NCBI GenBank assembly: GCA_001600695.1
Contig: BCKQ01000003.1
Coordinates: 1,185,370-1,249,369, forward strand
Reading direction: 5' to 3'
DNA from: Ascoidea asiatica JCM 7603
Taxonomy: Eukaryota > Fungi > Ascomycota
Length of the DNA: 64,000 bases
This document shows positions 55,989 through 64,000 of this stretch, piece by piece; within the stretch, counting starts at the first letter, position 1; every line of letters starts with the position of its first letter. The notes under the pieces were generated by a model. The model did no database searches. It was not told where the DNA came from and saw only the letters and a program-made list of their open reading frames with translations. Position numbers and translations under genes: made by a program.

Positions 55989-57461
55989 CTAATAAGAAGA
56001 ATTTTTAATTTTTCTAATAATAATTTGTAAAATATTTTTAGTATTATCATCAAATTTACTAGATATTAAATCATTACTTATAATATTATCATTCAAATAA
56101 TCAGAAAACTTTTTTGTTAATTTTAATTTATCATCACTTGATTTAATTATTTTTGATATATATGCAGAAAATTTATTGACAGATAATTGTAAATTATCAA
56201 TTAATGAATTTGTATCAATAATTAAGTTTTTCTTAGCATTTTTAATTGAATTACTTTTTGGATTCAATTGAGATTGAGATTTCAATTGATATTGTAATTT
56301 AATTGAAGGTAATAGTATAAATTTAATTGGTAAAGTTATATCCAAGAATATTGAGTCTAAATTATTTGGAAATGAAGTTAATAAACTATTTATGATATGA
56401 TTTGAAAGATAAATTCTATCAAGATCAATATAATTTTCAATTAAATTTAAGAAGTTTAAAGAAAAATCATAAATTTTTGATTGATTTGAATTTAAAGTAT
56501 TAATTGCAGTATCATAAATAATTAAAGCAACATCACCTTTTAAAGCAGGATTATTTTCTGGATTTCCAAGCATATTAATATCAGCTTCAGGTAATTTATT
56601 TAATAATGAATTTAAATTTTCTTTATCTTTATTTTCATCATTTATTGAAACATCAATTGAAGTGAAATCATCACCATTTGATAAATTATCATTTTTTAAA
56701 ATATTTTGTAATTTATCATCAATTTTATCATCTTGAAGTTCTAAATCATTAATTTGTTGAGAATTTGAAGATAAACCTAATAATTTTCTTCTTGCTAATA
56801 ATTTTGAAACATAATTTAATTCTAAATTTGCATAAGATAAATATAATTTTAAAGAATAAGGATTGAATCTTATTGCTTTTTGTAAAAGAGATCTTGCAGA
56901 TTTTATATTTGCATTTATATCAAATTCATAATTTGAAGCACTTAACCAAGTATTAATATTAGTTGGATGTAATTGTAATAATTTTGAATAAATTTTATAA
57001 ACATTTTTAATTGAATTTAAAGATTTTGCATAATTTAAATAATTTTTCCAAATTAAAAAATCATTTGGAAATTTTTGAGTTGCTCTTTGATATAAAAATA
57101 AAATTCTTCTTTGACCAGCCCAATCACTAATTGAAATTTGATTATTTTTCTTATTTTTTGAATTTTTTTTATTCTTTGAATCTTTTGAATTTTTTGAATT
57201 TGAAGTTGTAGTTGATTTAATTAATCCAACTTTTGATAATCTTGTATATCTTTTTATTCTTAATTTTTCTAAATTTTTTTCATATTGTATATATTTCAAG
57301 AAATGTAAAGGTTTTGAATTCGACATTATTGAATATTCATACGCAGTTTTTTTCTTAATTATTAATCTAATTTCATTTTTTGTAAATAAACCTTTTTCTT
57401 GAAGATCCTCTATTTCAGGAAGTTGTTTTTCTAAATAATGTCTAGCTATATCTGAAGACAT
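55989..57461 (-). CDS. UTP6: U3 snoRNP / SSU processome protein Utp6 (HAT repeats)
   Basis: RHYLEKQLPEIEDL..KGLFT..EI, FLKYIQYE, SISDWAGQRRILFLYQRA, HAT repeats, RRKLLGL, MLGNPENNPALKGD. Confidence 0.92.
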   Translation of the reverse strand: MSSDIARHYLEKQLPEIEDLQEKGLFTKNEIRLIIKKKTAYEYSIMSNSKPLHFLKYIQYEKNLEKLRIKRYTRLSKVGLIKSTTTSNSKNSKDSKNKKNSKNKKNNQISISDWAGQRRILFLYQRATQKFPNDFLIWKNYLNYAKSLNSIKNVYKIYSKLLQLHPTNINTWLSASNYEFDINANIKSARSLLQKAIRFNPYSLKLYLSYANLELNYVSKLLARRKLLGLSSNSQQINDLELQDDKIDDKLQNILKNDNLSNGDDFTSIDVSINDENKDKENLNSLLNKLPEADINMLGNPENNPALKGDVALIIYDTAINTLNSNQSKIYDFSLNFLNLIENYIDLDRIYLSNHIINSLLTSFPNNLDSIFLDITLPIKFILLPSIKLQYQLKSQSQLNPKSNSIKNAKKNLIIDTNSLIDNLQLSVNKFSAYISKIIKSSDDKLKLTKKFSDYLNDNIISNDLISSKFDDNTKNILQIIIRKIKNSSY

Positions 57462-57659
57462 TGTTTATCTATTTATTTGATTGGATATATGTTTAATTAC
57501 TGATAATAGCCTTTAATGATCTCTGATTATCTTTAGTGATCTTTAATGATCTTTAATGGTCTTCAAATGATTTCAATGCTTTCCCAATTCTGCCAATATT
57601 TAATAATTTGTTGATATATTTTTTTCTATTAGATTTAACTTTAAAAAAAAAAATTTAAT

Positions 57660-59060
57660 ATCCGGGAAATTTTTCAAAATCCGGACAATTTGGAAAATAA
57701 TCCGCGCTTGCGGTACTTAATTGTAAAATATGTATTGTTTCCATGGTCGGACTAAATACGGATTGTGCACCGGTTTTTTTTCTTCCTCGCTTTTCAGATT
57801 TTCGTATCAGCAAAATGAGCAAAATCACAAAACTGAGGAGAGTGCAGCTGTGCATTGCTGATAATAATCAACAGTAATTATTTTCTAAACTCTTTATTTC
57901 AAAATGGAAGAGTCTCTCCCATTTGCGCGGTGAATGAGTTGAAAACAGCATTTTGTAGTGCGCTGCAACACTACGGGGACACCACGCAATTTCACCACAC
58001 AAAACTTGGTCAAATAAGCTCCGGCCAGCGGCGTCGGCCCACTTTTGCACATAATCCAGAAAAAGGCCTGAAAAGGCCCAGAAAATTAGTTGAAGAGCCA
58101 GAATAATCACAGAAAACTTGAGGAGAAAAATAATAATGAAAACATATCGGAAAAAGACCGGATAAAGCAATCCAAACTCAGAGAAAAATAAATTTTGACA
58201 CACAAATGAGAAAATCTCAGTGAATTTTTTCCTATGGTCTCCTACAAAAAACAGATTATGACCCAGAACATTGGTTTTTTGGAACTCTTCCGTAGGAAAC
58301 GCTAGTTTTTGTTTTTCGCTTGCAAATTCCAATGACGTTGGACGCTGTACTTTGCTGCTGTGCACTGTGCCTTAAACATTTGTCCCGCTGTTTTTGAAAT
58401 CCAAAAGATATTTTCTTTTATCTTTTGGGCACATTTCCTCACCCGGTCAACACAACAACTCAATTGTTCCTGCACAGAATGCCAGCCTTCTGCGTATGAG
58501 CCTAACAGTAAAAGTCACTAGCCCAAATTTATGATATCACAAAATTGGCCCGTACAAAACTACAAAATCCAACCGCGCGGTGTTTTACTTTACTGATTGT
58601 TATTATTATTATTATTATTATTACCAGGATCACGTGTAAAATGTAATAGCCCAACCTAAAGGTGAAATAGAAATCATATAAACAGATATTTTTGCAAAAC
58701 AAACGAGGAATAAATATGACATCAATGAGAGGAATTTTTTGTTTGCAGAAATGAGAAACACTTTACAAAAAAGTGTGTGTTCCACGCGGTACTGAATTTT
58801 TCTTATGCGTGCAAAAGGTGTTGCTTGTTTTTTTCCTTGCTAGTAGTGTTACCAACAGGTGCAACATTATCGCCATTCCGTCCCAATTAGTCGTATTCTC
58901 AGTAATTCAGAACTAAAGTTTTCGTTCGTATACAGCTCCGCACACCTAGGCATAGATCTGCATAAATTGGTCCTGCACTGCGACGGTTAATGAGCATAAG
59001 GTTCAGTGCGGGACATCGGGAAGCGTCTTTTGATCCGGAAGTGCATCAATTTTTCTACAA
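57660..59060 (+). ncRNA. Candidate long structured non-coding RNA (block B); telomerase-RNA-like 3' architecture
   Basis: At least eight stems of 7-15 bp, G-U pairs on the + reading, a GAAA-capped hairpin, a terminal three-way junction and AATTTTT at 59048-54. No credible ORF. Confidence 0.45.
57667..57676 (-). promoter_or_regulatory. RRPE element (TGAAAAATTT) upstream of ribosome-biogenesis gene UTP6
   Basis: AAATTTTTCA on + at 57667-76, about 200 bp upstream of the UTP6 ATG. Confidence 0.55.
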
Positions 59061-60297
59061 CACTGGTAATTTCTATTTTTTTATTCTTTTTATTTTTGTT
59101 CTTTTCTTTTTTTTTTATTTATCATCGGTATTATCTTTACTATCTTTATTCTTCATTATCCTCATCATTGATTTTATTATCTTTACTTCTCATGTTTTTA
59201 ATTTGGCTGTGAAGTTATCTATTGAAACATGTATCTCATTGCTCATAATTTCATTATCTCACTGTTTAAGTTGATGGAAGTTGATTCATTGGTTTTAGTC
59301 AGTCTCTGTTTTTATTATTTAAATTTTTATTCAAAGTCTTATAAATGACTTAAATCAAATGATTAAATTGTATTCTTTATGAATCATTGTATGATTATTC
59401 TGTATTCATTTGAGAAAACTTTTCAAATTTGAAATGAAATTGAATTATTGAATGTCTCTTAAAGTCTTTGATCTCATTAATCATTTCAAAAGTTTTTCAG
59501 AACAAAACGCTTCCTAAGAATTAATCACTAATATTTTGATAAGTTTTAAATTCACAATATCTTCACTAGATTCATATCTTTTTTTAAACATTCATATTTG
59601 TTCAAATATTGTTCAAAAAAGTTAAAAAATTATTCGAGAAATTTCACTAATGCTTAAAGAAAATTAAAATTTCTTCAAAAAAGTTCAAATGTATGATCAT
59701 TTTATTATTTATCATTTATTATTTTGTATTCACTGATTATTTTTTATTTTTTTTTATCTAGTTTTCGAGATTTTATTATTCTACACTAAATTAATCGAAT
59801 ACTATACAGTAATTCATTTTCAATAATTTTCTACTTGAATTCTGGTTTTTATAATCTTTTGACCTATTTGGAATTTAAAATTTCAAATTTTTTTTTATCT
59901 TTTACAAAATTTACAAATATCTTTTATTGTAAATTTCTTATTATTCTGTTCAAATTTAATCTTTAATCTTTTATCTTTAATCTTTAGCGTTTTTTCTTTT
60001 TTTTATTTTATTTTATAATTTTTATTTTTTCAAATTCTTATTTCTTATTTCTTATTTATAATTTATAATTTTCTTATTATTTATCTTTTTTATTACCATT
60101 TTTAACTATAAATTTTGATTTGTATAAATAGTAAATTATTTCTTTTTTTCCATTAATTTCTATATCATATATATTTCTATTTGTCACATATTTATATATC
60201 TCATACTCTTTATATGATATATTATATTTTATATTATATATTATATATCATTTCTTATATTATAATAAAAATTAGAGATTTCAATATTTTTTTAAAA

Positions 60298-63200
60298 ATG
60301 ACTAAACCAATATCATCAGAAAATAATGAATTATATGAAAACAACACCAATAAAATTAACAATAACAGCAACAATAGTGAGAACGATTACAATCAAGTAG
60401 ATCCTCAAGAATTATATGAAACTATTTCCTCAGTACTTGCAATATCCTCAGCTTCTTATTCTCATTATTCTCATTCTCACTCTCACTCTCATTTAATCTC
60501 GAATATCAATGAGGAAAATCAAACTCAAAATCAATCAAATGATAATATAAATAACAATAATGATAACAATAATGATAACAATAATAATAACAATCACATA
60601 CAAAACAATAGTGCTAATGATAACAATTATAATCCAGAAATTCAATATGAAAACAATTATTATATAAACGATTGTGAATGTGATGAAGATGATTACGATT
60701 ATGACGACGACGAAGAAGATATTGATGATTTCGATGATGATTTTGATGACGATTTCGACAGTGAAGATGATTCAAATATGATAGATAAATATCCAATAGA
60801 AAATGATAGATATCATCTTAAATTCAATGAATTGAAATATTCAAATGGGTTTATATTATCTTGTTTGAATATAATCTCAGATTCTTCACAATATCCAAAC
60901 ATTTCGATTAAAAAATATTTATCGACAATAATCTTAAATTATACTCAAACTTATTTAATCAAAGATCTATCAAATTCAAGTTTAAATTTAAATTATACTT
61001 TATATATCGATGAAAATCAAAGATATCTAATATTAACTAATATCTTCAATACTATTTTTAGTCTTAAGCTTTTATTAACTGAGAAAATTAGTAGAATAAA
61101 CCGATTTTATACTTTAACAATCAGTTCAATAATTGAAAATTTATCTTCTTCTTTAGGTTTAATGATTAAAAGTGATATTCTATCTTGTGATAATAATAAT
61201 ATCATATTAAATAATTTATCAGATAATATCACTACTTCAACAAATGAAAGAAATTCATTAAATTTTTTATTTTCGAATATTTTTAATTCATCTTATTTAT
61301 TATCATCTCCAAATATTATAAGTCCATTTGATAAACCTCTTATGATGTTTTATTATAATTCTGCTCATTTATCACTAAAATTTTTTAATGATTTGTCGAC
61401 TGATCTTTTATCAAACTCATTCATTAATCCATCATTATTACCTAGATTCAAACTAATAATTTCTCATTTCATTTCCTCAATTCATCCTTCAATTACACAA
61501 TTAGCTGATATTTCACTCTATTCAAATGATAATTTAAAATTACTATGTGAAAATAATTTATTATCTTTAAATTATTTTTATTTCATAAAAGTATTTTTAT
61601 GTACAATAGATTTTAAATTATTTTTTGTTTTAAGATTTGATGTTTATTTGAATTTATGGGTGATGCTATTAATTCAAGCTTTAAAGAAAAATTTATTATT
61701 ACCTTTTGAATCCTGGAATAATAATTTATGGCTTATTACAATGGATTTAATTTTAAACTCTTTAAACAATTTATTATCATATTTTCTGAATAATTTAGAA
61801 AATATCAAACAAAATAATCCTACTTTTTTTCAACATTTTCTTATACTTCATTTACCTGAAATAATGAGTTATTATTTCGATTTAATTAAAAATTGGGATT
61901 TAAACCCAAATTTAATTTGGTTAACTCCAAATTCTATGTCAGCAAATATGGATATCTCATCAATTTCATTTGATAATATTAATAATATTTTCAATTCAAG
62001 TTATTTTTTTTCAATTAATAATTTACCAAATTTTGATTCTTTAATTTCAATTCTCCTGTTATTAAATGATAATAATCACTTATCCTTCTTTAAACAGAAT
62101 TTAAATACAATCTTTAACTTTTATTATAAGTTCTTAATACCAACAAATGAAATACTCAACTTAATTAATTTAGTACCTTACAAATATTTATATGAAAGAC
62201 TAAAGTTCTTTGAAGGTTTTTTCAATTCCCCATTTTTCTTTTCATTTATATTCAATAAAGGAACTGATCCAAATGATGATCTTTCAAATTTCTTTTTGAA
62301 AGAATTTGTGAAGTTTATTAAATTCAAATTCAATCTTTTGGAAAAAAGACAGAAATTAATTTGTGGAAGTTTAGAAACAATGGAAATTGCTAAAAGAAAA
62401 GAAAGTTTATTAATAATGATTGATCATATTTTATTAAATATAATCAATACTGAAGAGTGTGAAGTGAATAAATATTTGAATGAAAAATTTGTTATTGAAC
62501 TTATTTTACCAAATTTATCATCGAATTTTGATTTTTTAAGATTAAGAACTCTTGAAACATTATCAAGTTTTTCAAGAATAAATATTAATCCAAATATAAT
62601 TATTAATATTATTGAAAAATTTAGTGAAATGAATAGAAGAGAATTATTTGAGTCTAGTGATATATCGGTTCTATTTAAAATTCAAATTCTTTCTTTGGTT
62701 AAACTTTATGCTGGAAATAGTAATAATTTTAGAAATGCATTTGAAAATAGACTTTTTTCAATATTAAACCTTTCAAGTGAAACTATAACTCCGAATGAAT
62801 CAAACAATTCTGATAATACTTATAAACTTTTTAATATTGATAATTTTCAATTTTATAAAGCAAATTATTACACACCAATATTCAATATTTTCACACAAAA
62901 TTTAATTGGAAAGAATAAAATTTATGACTTTATTAGTGAAATCAATGATAATTTTTTCATATTATTCAAAAATGAATCTTTCAATGAAAACAAATTGAAG
63001 AAATTTGGAGAAAAAAATTATTTCAAAATGGATGATAAAATTTCAAGATATTTAAAAAATGATAATTTAAAATTAAAAGCCAATTTTTTCACAATTTATT
63101 TAGAAATTTTAATTAAACAAAGTGGATTAATTGAAAAATATGCATTAAATGATACTTTAGAAGTTAGTGAAGAAGATCTTGAAAATATTGATGAACAACT

Positions 63201-63396
63201 TAAAAGAAGTAAATTAATTTTTAAAATTATAATTTATAATGATTTATTTAAAGAATTTCCAACATGTTTAAGTTTACTTGTAGAATTATCAGAAATATTA
63301 CTGATTGAACAAAATTCTATAAGGAGATTAAGATTAAAAACCAGATATACAAATTATGAGTATGGATTTCAAAATTTTGCTCAATTAATTATCTAA
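60298..63396 (+). CDS. Highly diverged importin-7/8 (Nmd5/Sxm1)-like HEAT protein with an added N-rich/acidic N-terminus; first in-frame ATG in good context at 60298
   Basis: Ordered remnants of family motifs: GFILSCLNII, W..N..IWLT, LIPTNEILNLINLVPYKY (compare LCP..E.LE.F..DP.EY), KESLL.MI and PNLSSNFDFLRLRTLE (compare P.F.S..GFLRARAC). Confidence 0.65.
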   Translation: MTKPISSENNELYENNTNKINNNSNNSENDYNQVDPQELYETISSVLAISSASYSHYSHSHSHSHLISNINEENQTQNQSNDNINNNNDNNNDNNNNNNHIQNNSANDNNYNPEIQYENNYYINDCECDEDDYDYDDDEEDIDDFDDDFDDDFDSEDDSNMIDKYPIENDRYHLKFNELKYSNGFILSCLNIISDSSQYPNISIKKYLSTIILNYTQTYLIKDLSNSSLNLNYTLYIDENQRYLILTNIFNTIFSLKLLLTEKISRINRFYTLTISSIIENLSSSLGLMIKSDILSCDNNNIILNNLSDNITTSTNERNSLNFLFSNIFNSSYLLSSPNIISPFDKPLMMFYYNSAHLSLKFFNDLSTDLLSNSFINPSLLPRFKLIISHFISSIHPSITQLADISLYSNDNLKLLCENNLLSLNYFYFIKVFLCTIDFKLFFVLRFDVYLNLWVMLLIQALKKNLLLPFESWNNNLWLITMDLILNSLNNLLSYFLNNLENIKQNNPTFFQHFLILHLPEIMSYYFDLIKNWDLNPNLIWLTPNSMSANMDISSISFDNINNIFNSSYFFSINNLPNFDSLISILLLLNDNNHLSFFKQNLNTIFNFYYKFLIPTNEILNLINLVPYKYLYERLKFFEGFFNSPFFFSFIFNKGTDPNDDLSNFFLKEFVKFIKFKFNLLEKRQKLICGSLETMEIAKRKESLLIMIDHILLNIINTEECEVNKYLNEKFVIELILPNLSSNFDFLRLRTLETLSSFSRININPNIIINIIEKFSEMNRRELFESSDISVLFKIQILSLVKLYAGNSNNFRNAFENRLFSILNLSSETITPNESNNSDNTYKLFNIDNFQFYKANYYTPIFNIFTQNLIGKNKIYDFISEINDNFFILFKNESFNENKLKKFGEKNYFKMDDKISRYLKNDNLKLKANFFTIYLEILIKQSGLIEKYALNDTLEVSEEDLENIDEQLKRSKLIFKIIIYNDLFKEFPTCLSLLVELSEILLIEQNSIRRLRLKTRYTNYEYGFQNFAQLII

Positions 63397-64000
63397 AATA
63401 TTACCTATTTTTTTAATTATGCATTTGTGTTAATATATATTAAATTTTGTAATTTATTTTTTTATCATTATTTTATTATTCTTTTTGTTTCTTTCTTTTG
63501 TGAAATATTTTATATCATTTTTAGAAGTTTTTATTTTGTGCATTTTCACTCATTCCCAATTTTTTTTCACTACAGTTTCAATATTATTTTTTTATAATTA
63601 AGTCATTTTTTATTATTATTATATTTTTAAATAAATTAAAATTAAGACCCGCTATAATATACAATTTTAATAGAAAAAATAACAAGATTAGTAATTGTTT
63701 GTAAGAGATTAAATGTCATTATTCGTAAAACAATTATATTTGATTGTAATTAATGACTAGAGATCATTAACTTTGAGATTATTAATCTATACTTTTAGGA
63801 TACGATATATTAATATAATACAATAAATAATTCTTTGAGTTTAAGTTTAAGTTTAAGTTTAAATTTGACTTCAATTTGACTTAGAATTTAAAATATAATT
63901 TGAAAAATAATTTGAGATTGAATTTGAGGTTAAAATATGTTTTGAAGTTAAATTTTAAATCAATTATTTTAATTTATAAATTTAATAAATATTTAAAATT

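Noticed and set aside
58629-58636. ATCACGTG as a point-centromere CDEI (also at 30502)
   Set aside because: No following uniform AT-rich CDEII of the right form and no CDEIII consensus. More likely a Cbf1/bHLH promoter site.
57655-59274. ORFs of 66-165 aa overlapping block B, and ORFs at 25962-26440 in block A
   Set aside because: Mostly non-ATG starts, CG-rich codons unlike real genes here, and no homology I recognise. They are expected by-products of higher GC.

Overview
A 64 kb piece of a very AT-rich budding-yeast (Saccharomycotina) nuclear chromosome. An Ascoidea-like CUG-reassigning lineage is my best guess, inferred from composition, gene content and CTG placement, not proven. I can support 20 protein-coding genes and one tRNA-Pro(AGG). 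In order they are: a C2H2 zinc-finger factor with N/Q-rich domains, CHS7, an Ssq1-like mitochondrial Hsp70, RRN5, RPO41, a GH81 endoglucanase, an AHP1/PMP20 peroxiredoxin, PEF1, EXG1, three tandem YCR023C-like MFS transporters, a xylose/aldose reductase, a bacterial-type alpha/beta hydrolase, a Myb/SANT-like protein with a heptad-repeat tail, an intron-containing TSC3 that the ORF track misses, a large multi-SIM orphan, tRNA-Pro, MSD1, UTP6 and a degenerate importin-7/8 paralog. The main unexplained signals are two 1.2-1.4 kb GC-richer intergenic blocks (about 25950-27150 and 57660-59060). Both are packed with nested hairpins whose imperfect pairs are mostly G-U when read on the + strand, which suggests unannotated long structured RNAs. 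The second ends in a three-way junction followed by an Sm-like site, as in yeast telomerase RNA. CTG codons sit in both Ser-like and Leu-like contexts, suggesting a non-standard or ambiguous CUG code. All structures were paired by eye; no folding program or database search was run.
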